Of a stretch of 64,000 bases of DNA, positions 1 to 9,645 are shown piece after piece (within the stretch, counting starts at the first letter, position 1; the number at the start of each line of letters is the position of its first letter). Location: assembly GCA_963820855.1 (NCBI GenBank), contig CAWGBY010000012.1, positions 67,963 to 131,962 of the forward strand, given 5' to 3'. This stretch comes from an uncultured Acidobacteriota bacterium. GTDB taxonomy: Bacteria > Acidobacteriota > Vicinamibacteria > Marinacidobacterales > SMYC01. The position numbers and the translations under genes are program-made. The notes under the pieces are model-generated. The model was not told the DNA's origin. It saw only the letters and a program-made list of their open reading frames with translations, and made no database searches.

Positions 1-565
1 CGGGATAGGGAACGGACGGCTCCAGGACTCCGACAATCGTCGCCGAACGGTCTCCGAGGGTCACCGTCTTTCCGATCACGGAGGGGTCGCTTGCGAGCGT
101 GGTGGTCCAGAATCGATGGGTGAGGACCGCGGCGCCCGCCGCCTGAGGCCCATCGTCGATGGGACCGAGGAGTCGGCCGAGGACCGGGCTGAGTCCCATC
201 ACTTCGAAGTAGGACCCGCCCACCACACCCGCGCGGAGCTCGCGCGGCTCGCCCAGGCCAACCATGGTGAAGTCGATCACCGAAAAATCGCCAAAGGCGG
301 ACAACGTCTTGACGCCTTCGTGGAGGTCCACGATCTCCGGGACCGAGAAGTTCGCGTTCTCGACGCCGATCCCGAGGGCGCTCTGGCGGATGTAGACCAG
401 GCGGTCTTCATCCCGATTGTTGAGCGGTCTCAAGAGAACTCCCCGGACGACGCTGAAGATCGCCGCGTTCGCGCCAATTCCGAGCGCGAGCGTGAGAATT
501 ACCGTGGCCGCGAGCCCCTTCACCCGGGCGAGCGAGCGCAGCGCGAATTGAAGGTCCTGAATCAT
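1..565 (-). CDS. ABC-type permease, MacB/FtsX family (ADOP-like), N-terminal part; the gene runs off the window
   Basis: Truncated at the window edge, so absent from the ORF track. Manual reverse translation from ATG 565 gives MIQDLQFALRSLARVKGLAATVILTLALGIGANAAIFSVVRGVLLRPL..DRLVYI..FSVPEIVDL. This is an N-terminal TM helix followed by a MacB-like periplasmic domain. Confidence 0.7.
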   Translation of the reverse strand, partial: MIQDLQFALRSLARVKGLAATVILTLALGIGANAAIFSVVRGVLLRPLNNRDEDRLVYIRQSALGIGVENANFSVPEIVDLHEGVKTLSAFGDFSVIDFTMVGLGEPRELRAGVVGGSYFEVMGLSPVLGRLLGPIDDGPQAAGAAVLTHRFWTTTLASDPSVIGKTVTLGDRSATIVGVLEPSVPYP

Positions 566-702
566 GGTTGTTCCTCTCTACCCATACGTCGAACAGCTCC
601 GCGCTCGATCGACAAGCCCATCGAACTTTTTTCGTCGCGCCGTTCCATAGAGCAACCTTTCGGTTGCATGTCGAGCCTAGCGCGAACGGCGGACATACGC
701 AA

Positions 703-1686
703 TCAAGAAGTTGCCTTTCCGGCGGCGGAGTCGGCCCGACGGGCGGCCAGGAGCGAGAGTAGCTCGTAGACGACGTGGGAGGCGGCCATCGACGTCACTT
801 CCGCGTGGTCGTAGGCGGGTGATACTTCTACCAGATCGGCGGCGGTGAGATGCAACCCGCGAAGACCCCGGAGGACACCGAGGAGCTCGCGGCTCGTAAG
901 CCCCCCGGCCTCCGGCGTTCCCGTTCCCGGCGCCGTACCGGGGTCGAGAACGTCGATGTCGATGGACACGTAGAGAGGCGCGTCGCCGATCCTCGCCCGC
1001 ACACGCGCCACGATCTCCGCGAGTCCCTGGGTCTCGAAGTCCATCGCGGTCACGATCCGGAAACCGAAGCTCTCGTCGTCCACGAGGTCCTGGGGCGAGA
1101 ACAAGGGGCCGCGGATCCCCACGTGCATGGAGCGGTCCTCGAGAAGAAGTCCTTCCTCGAAGGCGCGGCGAAAGGGCGTCCCGTGAGTGTAGGCGGCGCC
1201 GAAGTAGGTGTCCCAGGTGTCGAGGTGCGCGTCGAAGTGGAGCAGGGCTACGGCGCCGCTTCGCTCCTTCACGGCCCGTAGCAGCGGAAGCGCAATCGTG
1301 TGATCGCCGCCGATCGCGACGAAGCTCTCGCACCTGCCGTAGAGGGCCTTCGCCCCCGCTTCGATCTGACCGATGGCCTCCTGGATGTCGAAGGGATTGC
1401 AGGCGATGTCCCCCGCGTCCGCGACCTGCATCGACGCAAACGGGCGCACGTCGAGGGCGGGGTGGTAGCCCCGGAGCAGGCGGGAAGCCTGCCGCACCGC
1501 GATCGGACCGAAGCGCGCGCCGGGCCGGAAGGTCACGCCGCTGTCGAAGGGAACGCCGACCACCGCCACGTCCGCGCGCCCGACTTCATCGAGCATCGGA
1601 AGCCGCGCGAAGGTCGAGGGGCCGGCGAAGCGCGGCACCACGAGGGGATCGAGCGGTCCTCGCGGCGGATTCCTCTCGTCGCCCAT
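703..1686 (-). CDS. speB: Agmatinase / ureohydrolase (arginase family)
   Basis: Intact 327-aa ORF with ureohydrolase metal-site motifs GGDHTI, DAHLD and SIDIDVLDP. The substrate (agmatine versus a guanidino acid) cannot be fixed from sequence. Confidence 0.85.
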   Translation of the reverse strand: MGDERNPPRGPLDPLVVPRFAGPSTFARLPMLDEVGRADVAVVGVPFDSGVTFRPGARFGPIAVRQASRLLRGYHPALDVRPFASMQVADAGDIACNPFDIQEAIGQIEAGAKALYGRCESFVAIGGDHTIALPLLRAVKERSGAVALLHFDAHLDTWDTYFGAAYTHGTPFRRAFEEGLLLEDRSMHVGIRGPLFSPQDLVDDESFGFRIVTAMDFETQGLAEIVARVRARIGDAPLYVSIDIDVLDPGTAPGTGTPEAGGLTSRELLGVLRGLRGLHLTAADLVEVSPAYDHAEVTSMAASHVVYELLSLLAARRADSAAGKATS

Positions 1687-1759
1687 GCCGGGCCTATCCT
1701 ATGGCGGCTTCGGAGCAAATGCAGCTGGAAGGCCACGCGGCCCCAGGTCGGCGAACCGT

Positions 1760-4493
1760 TCAGTGCCGCTTCGTCGGCGGCTTGCCCGGCCCGGGAGCGG
1801 GACTCGTCGACTTCTGCTGCTGCAGGCTCCGGTAGATGCGGCTCGCGAGCGCCCGTTCCTCCCGGAGCTCCCGGGTCGCCGCCTCGGCGCGCTGCAGCGC
1901 GAAGTCGAGGCGCGCGAGCTTCTCCGCCACGTGCTCGACGACGGTGCGCTGCTCCTTCAGGTTCTCGAGGTTCGCCTCCACGTCCGCGATGACGTTCGCG
2001 AGGTGCTCCATCTTCGCCTGGGCCTGGTCGACGCTCTCCCGCCGGCGATCGAGCCCGTCGTATTTCGTTCCGAGGACCGATGCCTCGCGAAGGAGGAGCT
2101 CGAGCTTTCCACGGGTGTCGAGAATCTCCTGCCGGGCGCCGAGGACGGCCATCGCGTCGTTTCGAGTCTTCTCCGTCGATTCGAAGAGCATCTCGAGCTG
2201 CTGCTTGACCTGTTCCACCGAATGCTGCCGCGTCTCGACCTCGAGGATCTTGTGATCGAGGCCGGAGAGGAGCGCCTCGAGGCGCTCGAGCCGGCCTTCG
2301 TGCTGCGTGATGCGGCTCTCGGAAGCGGCGAGCTTTCCACGTTTGTCCTCGATCGCCACGGCGAGCGACTGGAGCTCCTCGAGCTTCCGGGCCGCTGAGG
2401 ACGCCTGCTCCTGGATTCCCCGCTGCTGGTCCGCCACCCGGTGCACCTCCTGGAGCCACTCGCGCCGGCTCTGGTTGAGCTCCCCGATCTCCTGGCTCAC
2501 CACGCTCACCCGCTCCCCCTGCTGCCCGATCGCGCTCGAGAGCGCTTCGAGCCGGATCGAGAGCTCCTCGGCGCGCTTCTCACGGTCTCTCATCACTTTT
2601 TCCACCAGCTCGAAGCCTTCGAGCTTCTGCTGGAGGACGCCGAGCTCGCGTCGAGAGCGCCTGCGCCCGGCCCTCCATCTCGGGGAGCGCCTTGTTCTCC
2701 TTCAGCGAGCGCACCAGCTCCTGCACGTCTTTCACCTGGGAGGACAGGCCGTCGAGCGAAACCTTCATCGCATCGAGCTCCGCCTTCCTCGCGAGCTGTC
2801 CGTCGATGCGCTGATCGACTTCCCGGCTCGATTCGCTCAACCGATTCAGCCGGGACTCGACGCTCTCCACGAAATCGACCCGCGGCCGGAGCTCGTCCAC
2901 CTTCTCCTGAAGGCGCGTCGCGAGGTGGTCCAGGGTCCCGATCCGCGTCGAGACGGTGTCCACCACCTGGAGCCGCGGAGTCATCTCCCGGATCGCGGCC
3001 TCCGCGGCAACGCTGGCGTTGCGGAACTCGCTCAGGAGCGTACGCGCTTTTTCAGCGTCCTCGTGCGCTCGGCGGACGTTCTCGAGCTCGCTCTGAATCT
3101 CCGCGCGAGCTTCGCCGAACTCGGAGAGCTGCCGCCGCGTCTCCTTCACCATCTCCTCGTTCGCGGCGACCGCCTCCGCCTGCGCGGAGACTCGGTCCGC
3201 GACCGCCTTCATCGAGTCGAGCCGGCCCTCGAAGGCTTTCAGGCCCTCCACCTTGGATTCGAGGCCTTCCACCTCCCGCTGCTGCTTCACGATCTTCGCC
3301 TGAAGCTCCTCCGCCTGCTGGAGCGCCCGGCGAAGGTCCTCGTCCCTCGCGGAAAGGCCCTTCATGTGCTCTTCGAGCTTCGCGATGTTGGAGTAGACCT
3401 CGAGCGCCCGCTGGTTCGCGACCTCCACCTCCTCCTTGAGGAGGATGGCGCTCTCGAGGCGCTGCTGAATCTGGGAAAGCGTCCCGGAGATGGCGACCTT
3501 CAGCTTCTCCCCTTCGTCCTGGAGCTGGCCTTTCTGCTGCTTTCCGGTCTCGACGGCGGTGGAGAACTCCTTGGCGAGGTCCTGGAAGCGGTCGACGCTC
3601 CCCTCGATCTCCTTGATCCACTGGCTCTCTTCGTTGATCTTCTTGATCTTTCGATCCACCTCCCAGACCAGCTCGTTCACCTGGTTGAGCTGAAGGGAGG
3701 CTCGATCGACGATGTCTTTCGTCGCGCCGAGCGATCGGAGCTTCTGGCCCACGTGCTGCGCGAGAGCATTGAGCTGACGGAGGTGCTCCTGGGTCTGCTT
3801 GCCCACGGCCTGCGAAGTGGTGAGGCTCTTCACCACCTCCTCGATGCGGTGCGTGGTTTCCTCGGCGCGATCGAGCTCGGTCTTCACGAAGCGCGCCTTG
3901 TCGTCGATGTTGCTCGACTCGCGCCGCACCGCGGTCACCGTGTCCTTCAGTCGCTCGTAGTCGTCGCGGATGAGACCGAACTGCGAATCGAGCTGGTCGA
4001 GGTTCTCGCGCGCCTGGCGAACCTCGGATTCGACACCGGCCATCTCGCGGGCCTGCGCTCCGAAACGAGCGACCTTGGCTTCCGCCTCCAGTCCAGACTG
4101 AATCAACTTCTCGATGCTCTCGCGCGCCTCGGTGAGCTTCGAGCCTCTGGATTCCACCTGCCGGATTCGCGAGTCCGCCGAGCTCACCGTCTCGTTCAGC
4201 GACTGGATGCGCCCCTCGAGCGCGGCCGCCGCCTCCGTCAGCTCTCTCGCCGCGGCCACTCGATCTTCGAAAGCCCGCAGGCTCCCGTCGGCGGCATGGA
4301 GACGTCCTTCGACCTGCTCGAGGCTTCCGCGAATGCCGGCTTCGCTGCGCAGCTCGCGTTGCGCGCGGTCGATGAGCTCCGCGAGCCGCATCGATTCCTC
4401 TTGCGCCAGCTCCGCGACTTGCCGCAGCTCGTCGGCGGTGGGTTTGGGGTCCGTGTCCCGGCGGTTCAGAAGCTTGTCGATGATGGTTGCCAT
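1760..4493 (-). CDS. Giant coiled-coil protein (~910 aa) of unknown function; frame-broken as assembled
   Basis: ORFs 2580..4547 and 1760..2605 overlap and join (..MEGRAQALS | ELGVLQQKLEGFELVEKVMRDREK..) with a frame break at ~2650-2665. Composition is heptad-like and rich in E/R/L/Q/A/K throughout. No TM segment or enzymatic motif is seen. The likely start is ATG 4493, preceded by GAGGAG. Confidence 0.7.
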
Positions 4494-4682
4494 GGGTTCT
4501 CCTCGGTCTTTGCTGGAAACGAGAGGAGAACGCAACTGCCGTGCCAAGGGAGGAGGCGCTCGAGGCGCTGCAAGCGCTTTCGATCTAGGCGCTTAGATAT
4601 CGACGCGCATCTTTCGCGCGGGCGTTTGTAGGGCATGGGCCTACGCGGCGTAGGGAGAAACCCTCTTCGCCGCTCGCGGGTC

Positions 4683-4711
4683 TTGAACCGATCGGACCGG
4701 TCCACTATGCT
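4683..4711 (+). promoter_or_regulatory. Putative sigma70-type promoter (TTGAAC-17 nt-TATGCT) immediately upstream of the AI-2E transporter gene
   Basis: TTGAAC at 4683-4688, a 17-nt spacer, and TATGCT at 4706-4711. The ATG is at 4723, so the 5' UTR would be only a few nt (leaderless-like). Pattern match only. Confidence 0.25.
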
Positions 4712-4722
4712 CACCGACGCCG

Positions 4723-5847
4723 ATGGCCTTGAAGCTCACCGAGCGCCAGGCGACGACGGTCGCGACCGCCCTCACCATTCTCGCCGCCCTCGTTATCCTT
4801 CTCGCGGTCGTCGGCCTCCTGTGGCTGACCGCATTCTTCCTGCGCACCTTTTCAGGCGTCTTCCTTCCGCTCGCGGTGGGAGCGGTCGCCGCCCTCGTCT
4901 GCCAACCTTATTATGAGTGGCTTCGGAGCAAAGCCCGGCTTCCACGACCTCTCGCCATCGTCGCAGTGCTCCTTTCGTTCGTCCTTCCGGTCGGCGCGTT
5001 TCTCGGGTTCTTCGGGACCCTTCTGGTGCAGCAGGTGATTGAGCTCGCCTCTCGAGCGCCCGAGTGGTGGGCGTCTGCGTCCGCGAGCCTTCAGCGAAAC
5101 TGGCCGGAGCTCCAGGAGTTCCTCCAAACGCCCACCGGGGCAAGAATTCGCGACGTACTCACGAGCATGCAAGACCAGATCCTCACGGGTCTCGGCGGCG
5201 TCGGCGGCACGGCTTTGTCCGCCGGCGCCGGAGTCGTGCGCGGAATCGGGGGGATTCTCGGATGGGTGGTCCTGCCGGTCTACTTCGTGTTCTTCCTCAT
5301 GATCGAGAGGAGGCCAGTCGATGCGCGACGGGCGCTCCCCTTCCTGAAACCCGAAACGCGTAAGGATGTCATGTACCTCCTTCAGGAGTTCGTGAACATC
5401 GTCGTGGCGTTCTTCCGAGGACAGCTCATCATCGCCTTTCTGCAGGGCCTCTTGTTCGCCATCGGCTTCACCATCGTCGGTCTGCGTTATGGCTTCCTCA
5501 TCGGGCTCCTGCTGGGCTTCCTGAACGTGATCCCCTATCTGGGAAGCATGATCGGTCTCGGCATTTCCCTGCCGCTCGCACTCTTTCAAGAAGGGGGGGG
5601 CTTCACGAAGCTGGCCCTCGTGCTTCTGACCTTCGTCATCGTCCAGCTCATCGAAGGCTACGTGCTCACCCCCCGCATCATGGGAGAGCGAACCGGCCTC
5701 CACCCGCTCGCGATCCTCGTGGCGATTTTCTTCTGGGGGACGGCCCTCGGCGGGATCATGGGCATGATCTTCGCCATCCCCCTCACCGCCTTTCTCGCGT
5801 CGGTATGGCGGCTGGCGAGGGAGAAGTACGTTACCGAGCTGGTCTAA
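4723..5847 (+). CDS. AI-2E family transporter (PerM/YhhT-like permease)
   Basis: Intact 374-aa multi-TM ORF with the typical family C-terminal core ..GFLNVIPYLGSMIG..VQLIEGYVLTPRIMG..HPLAILVAIFFWGTALGGIMGMIFAIPL.. Confidence 0.8.
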   Translation: MALKLTERQATTVATALTILAALVILLAVVGLLWLTAFFLRTFSGVFLPLAVGAVAALVCQPYYEWLRSKARLPRPLAIVAVLLSFVLPVGAFLGFFGTLLVQQVIELASRAPEWWASASASLQRNWPELQEFLQTPTGARIRDVLTSMQDQILTGLGGVGGTALSAGAGVVRGIGGILGWVVLPVYFVFFLMIERRPVDARRALPFLKPETRKDVMYLLQEFVNIVVAFFRGQLIIAFLQGLLFAIGFTIVGLRYGFLIGLLLGFLNVIPYLGSMIGLGISLPLALFQEGGGFTKLALVLLTFVIVQLIEGYVLTPRIMGERTGLHPLAILVAIFFWGTALGGIMGMIFAIPLTAFLASVWRLAREKYVTELV

Positions 5848-5859
5848 TCTTTACCGGGT

Positions 5860-6396
5860 TTACTGGCCTGGAGGCGCCGACGTGGCGGACTGCGCGCGCT
5901 TGGCCATCTGTTTGGCGGTCAGGTCTTCCTTGTGCGTCGCGATCGACCACTCGTGGCCGAAGGGGTCCTTCAATTTGCCGTATCGATCGCCCCAGAACAT
6001 ATCCTGGACCGGCATGACAACTGTCGCTCCGGCGGCGATCGCCTTGTCGGCGACTGCGTCGACGTTCTTGACGTAGAGCAAAACGCTGGCGCCGGACCCG
6101 CCGAGCGTCTCCGGCGATTTCGCGCCCGTTTCCAGCGCCTCGTCACCGAGCATCACCCGCGAATCCCCGATCTGGATCTCGGCGTGCGCGACCTTGCCGC
6201 TCGGCCCCGGCATCCGCATCTTCTCCTTCGCGCCGAACGCGCGCTTGTAGAAATCGATGGCGCTCGCCGCTCCGCGGCATACGAGGTACGGCGTCACCGT
6301 GTGGTAGCCGGCGGGAATGGGCTGGGCCTTCTTCTTGGAGGACGCCTTCGCCCTCTTGTTCGACTTCTTTTTCGAGACCTTTTTCTTCGAAGCCAT
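5860..6396 (-). CDS. VOC/glyoxalase-family protein (PhnB-like) with a lysine-rich N-terminal tail
   Basis: 178-aa ORF. The core ..GYHTVTPYLVCRGAASAIDFYKRAFGA..HAEIQIGDSRVMLGDE..MFWGDRYGKLKDPFGHEWSI.. is PhnB/VOC-like. The N-terminus is MASKKKVSKKKSNKRAKASSKKKAQ. Confidence 0.75.
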   Translation of the reverse strand: MASKKKVSKKKSNKRAKASSKKKAQPIPAGYHTVTPYLVCRGAASAIDFYKRAFGAKEKMRMPGPSGKVAHAEIQIGDSRVMLGDEALETGAKSPETLGGSGASVLLYVKNVDAVADKAIAAGATVVMPVQDMFWGDRYGKLKDPFGHEWSIATHKEDLTAKQMAKRAQSATSAPPGQ

Positions 6397-6481
6397 CGTC
6401 TGTCGTCCTCCTCGAAATGGGGCGACATCGTAGCACCCGCGGCGCGCGGCGGCAAGAAGCGGCTTTCAGATCGTCGACCCG

Positions 6482-8065
6482 TTACGGATTTGTCGCCGCC
6501 TTCGATTTGGCTTCCGCAACCATGGCGCGAACGTCCGCGAGGAGCTTCTTCGCGTCGTAGACGATTCCATCCTTGATGGTGTACTTGACGCCGCCGACCC
6601 GGGTCGGCCGGTTCGATTCGTCGAGCCGGATGGCGCCCGTTCCGTAGAGCACCTTCAAGTTCCGGAGCGGGTTCTCCTCCACCACCACGAAGTCCGCGAG
6701 CTTCCCTGGCTCGATCGTTCCGATGCGGTCCGCGCGCCCGAGTGCCTCGGCGCCCTTCAACGTCGCGGCGCGGATGATCTCGAGCGGGTGGAATCCCGCT
6801 TCCCGAAGGAGCTCGAGCTCGCGGATGTAGTCGAAGCCGTAGAGCTTGTAGATGAATCCCGAGTCCGAACCGGTCGCGACTCTCCCGCCCCGGTTCTTGT
6901 ACTCGTTCACGAACGTCATCCAGAGACGGTAGTTCTCCTTCCAGGCCACTTCGTCTTCCGTCGTCCAGTCGAACCAGTACGAGCCGTGCGCCTTGCGGTT
7001 CGGCGCGTAGAAACTCCAGAGCGAAGGCAGCGTGTACTCGTCGTGCCACTCGGCCCGATAGGCTCTCATCACGTCGCGGCTCGCCTCGTAGATGGTGAAG
7101 GTCGGCACCAGAGTGAAGTCGAGCCCGATCAGCTCGTTCATGACCTCGTTCCAGCGCTCGCTGTAAGGCGGCGCGGCCTGGGCCCAGAGCCGGCCCGCGT
7201 TTCCGAATCGGTCCTGTTCGTTGCTGTAGTTGTAGTCCGGCGGAAAGTGCTGAATGGTTCGATCCACGAAGAGCGCTTCGGGAAGCCCGTACCAGTGCTC
7301 CATGCTGGTGAGCCCGGAGCGGGCGTTATCGAGAACGTTGTTCCACGCGACGTTCAACTGCGAGTGGTGGCAAGCCGTCCGGAGGTTCTGTTTCTTCGCC
7401 TCGTCGAGCGCCGCGTGCATCACGTCCGGGCGTTCCCCGAGGAACTTGATTCCGTCCGCTCCGGAGGACGCGATTTCTCGAACCCAGGCCCGCGCCTCCT
7501 CGGGAGTCGAGATCGCGGTCTCCGTGCCCTGACCGAAAAAGACGTAGGCCGCGAGCCGAGGCGCCGTGATCTCGTTCTTCTCGCTCTTCGCGCGATGCTC
7601 CTGCATCCAGGCCATTCCATTCGAGCTCCCGGGATCGCGAACCGTGGTGATGCCGTGGCCCATCCAGAGCTTGAAGACGTACTCCGCGGGGGTTCCCTGC
7701 GGCGCTCCGCCCACGTGGCCGTGCATGTCGACGAAGCCCGGAAGAAGATACATCCCGTCCAGATCGAGCTCCTTGTCGGAGGGCCCTGCTTTGGGACGAG
7801 CCGCGGGATCGATGGCAACTCCGGGATAGCCGACGCTCTGGACGGAGCGGATGACGCTCCCCTCGACCACCACGTCCACCGGTCCGACCGGCGGGGCCCC
7901 GGTTCCGTCGATGAGCGTCGCGCCGCGAAGGATGAGCCGGGTGAACGGGCCGTCGCCTTCGGCGCGGGGAGGAGCCTTCGGCACCGACTCAATCGAGGTG
8001 ATATCTTGCTCCTGGCCCGCCGCGAGCGGAGCGAGCGCGAGGAAAACCGTGAAGAAGCGCCTCAT
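6482..8065 (-). CDS. Secreted metal-dependent amidohydrolase family protein
   Basis: Intact 527-aa ORF with signal peptide MRRFFTVFLALAPLAAG and the N-terminal metal motif LPGFVDMHGHVGG. The C-terminal GTIEPGKLADFVVV is typical of amidohydrolases. Confidence 0.8.
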   Translation of the reverse strand: MRRFFTVFLALAPLAAGQEQDITSIESVPKAPPRAEGDGPFTRLILRGATLIDGTGAPPVGPVDVVVEGSVIRSVQSVGYPGVAIDPAARPKAGPSDKELDLDGMYLLPGFVDMHGHVGGAPQGTPAEYVFKLWMGHGITTVRDPGSSNGMAWMQEHRAKSEKNEITAPRLAAYVFFGQGTETAISTPEEARAWVREIASSGADGIKFLGERPDVMHAALDEAKKQNLRTACHHSQLNVAWNNVLDNARSGLTSMEHWYGLPEALFVDRTIQHFPPDYNYSNEQDRFGNAGRLWAQAAPPYSERWNEVMNELIGLDFTLVPTFTIYEASRDVMRAYRAEWHDEYTLPSLWSFYAPNRKAHGSYWFDWTTEDEVAWKENYRLWMTFVNEYKNRGGRVATGSDSGFIYKLYGFDYIRELELLREAGFHPLEIIRAATLKGAEALGRADRIGTIEPGKLADFVVVEENPLRNLKVLYGTGAIRLDESNRPTRVGGVKYTIKDGIVYDAKKLLADVRAMVAEAKSKAATNP

Positions 8066-8141
8066 TTCGTCCTCCTGGAAAGTCGCCCTTATCTTATTCC
8101 CGATCGCGGCGGTCGTCGTCGCTTCTCCGGAAGGCGAAAAG

Positions 8142-8857
8142 ATGCTCGACGAGGCGATCGCCGCTCACGGCGGTCTCCCGCGGTTCCGCGCGGTCCGGAG
8201 CTGGCGCATCGTCGCGGATCGAAAGCTCGAGGGCGAGCCCGTCGTGAACGAAGTCTACGAGGAGTATCTCCTCCGCGAGGGAGGATGCCGAGAAGACCCT
8301 CCTCGTCAAAAAGCGCGGCGAATCGACCCTCGTCTTCGGCCACGACGGGGCAGCGGCCTTCGCGCTCACGGATGGTCAGCTGCGGGAGGACGAGAGTGCG
8401 TCCGGCGAAGCGTACTATCGCGCTCACGGCGAGTACTATCTGCGCTCTCTTCCCTTCAAGTGGAAGGACCCCGGCGTTCAGGTGGAGTACCGCTGGGCTC
8501 GAGACCGCGGAAGGTAAGGAGCTCACCCTTCTCCGCATCACCGCCGACGAGAACGTCGGCAAGGCGTGGAAGGACGTTTGGGTCGCCGCGATCGACCGGA
8601 GCACGCATCTCTTATGGGAAGCGCGGCTCACCCACAACCTCGAGAACGAGACCTGGACCACTCCGCGCCCCACGGGCACGACCGAGATCGTCTATCGGTA
8701 CTCCGACTACCGTGAGGTCTCGGGTCTATGGATTCCGCACCGGATGGAGTATTTTTCCGAGGGCCGCAAATCGGGCGAGAACGTCGTTCGCAGTATCGAG
8801 ATCGATGCGAACGTCACCGACGCGATCTTCTCTTCCGAAGCTCACCGCACGCGTTGA
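8142..8857 (+). CDS. Hypothetical protein (possibly a LolA-like fold); frame-broken twice, N-terminus uncertain
   Basis: Three frame pieces join: MLDEAIAAHGGLPRFRAVRSWRIVADRKLEGEPVVNEVYEEYLL.. | ..EDAEKTLLVKKRGESTLVFGHDGAAAFALTDGQL..YYLRSLPFKWKDPGVQVEY | AGLETAEGKELTLLRITADENVGKAW..RMEYFSEGRKSGENVVRSIEIDANV. The breaks are at ~8283 and ~8495. A hydrophobic stretch upstream (VALILFPIAAVVVA) has no obvious start codon. Confidence 0.5.
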
Positions 8858-9645
8858 GCGAGCAGCGAGAGCACCGCCTCGTTCCATCCTTTCGGGCCGG
8901 GCGCGCTCGCGCGGATGACTCCCGGCAGATTTCGCAGGACCGCGCGATCGAAGGTCCCGTCACGGGCGGGTAGAAGGACGGCGCGTCCCGCGGCGCTGAG
9001 CATCGGGAGGTCGTTCGCGGCGTCCCCGAGCGCGGCCATCCGGCACGGCCCGGCCGCACGGCGATAGAGCGTCATGAGGCGCCGGACCGCGACGCCCTTG
9101 TCGCTCCCCGCGAAAAGGTGCCAGAACCTCCCGCCCCTCGTCAGAGCGAATCCCCTCCTCCGCGCCAGGCGGGCGAAGCGCGCGCGCCCCTTCTCGCCTT
9201 CCCCGAGGAAGAAGAACGGCTCGTCGTACTCGCGCCTCTTCGCGAGCCGCGCATCGCCGAGCGAAAGACCGGTCTCGTCCGAGACCTGCCGCGCCGTCAA
9301 ATGATGAAAGCCCCGTACGCGAACGCGCGCCTCGCGGGCGAGGTCGTCGAGCGCCGCCGCGACTTCGAGATACCGCCGACCCAGATCGATCCGACGCGGC
9401 GTGCCGCGCCCGAAGTAGCCGCGGGGAATCCCGATGCCTCCGCCGTTCTCGACGATGAACGGATGCGCATTCTTCAAACGCCGGCGCAGGGGAGCGAGCT
9501 CGGCTCTCGTCTTGCTCGTGCAGAGGACGAGAGGCACTTTCTTTCGACGGAGCTCGCGGAGCGCCTCGGAGGCCGCGGCGAACGAGTAGCTCTCGGAGTC
9601 GAGAAGGCTGCCGTCGAGATCCGTGAATACGACGAGGCGTCTCAC
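8842..9645 (-). CDS. HAD-IIB phosphatase, mannosyl-/glucosyl-3-phosphoglycerate phosphatase family (YedP-like)
   Basis: Starts at GTG 9645 in a GTGA overlap with the stop of the upstream gene. HAD motifs are VVFTDLDGSLLD, LCTSKT and LGDAANDLPML. The longer 350-aa ORF in the track is an out-of-frame-looking N-terminal extension. Confidence 0.75.
   Translation of the reverse strand: MRRLVVFTDLDGSLLDSESYSFAAASEALRELRRKKVPLVLCTSKTRAELAPLRRRLKNAHPFIVENGGGIGIPRGYFGRGTPRRIDLGRRYLEVAAALDDLAREARVRVRGFHHLTARQVSDETGLSLGDARLAKRREYDEPFFFLGEGEKGRARFARLARRRGFALTRGGRFWHLFAGSDKGVAVRRLMTLYRRAAGPCRMAALGDAANDLPMLSAAGRAVLLPARDGTFDRAVLRNLPGVIRASAPGPKGWNEAVLSLLAQRVR

Noticed and set aside
652-667. GCAACC-TTTC-GGTTGC hairpin downstream of the agmatinase gene as a terminator
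   Set aside because: The stem is only 6 bp and no T-tract follows on the coding (minus) strand, which is too weak to call.
2307-4631. Long antisense 'shadow' ORFs, e.g. 2307..4631 (+, 774 aa), 6788..8857 (+, 689 aa, first ~570 aa), 17474..19408 (+, 644 aa), 35661..37577 (-, 638 aa) and 51554..53905 (-, 783 aa)
   Set aside because: Each lies opposite a gene with clear family motifs. Each has the low-complexity R/P/G/A/L composition typical of stop-free antisense frames in high-GC DNA, and none shows any recognisable motif.
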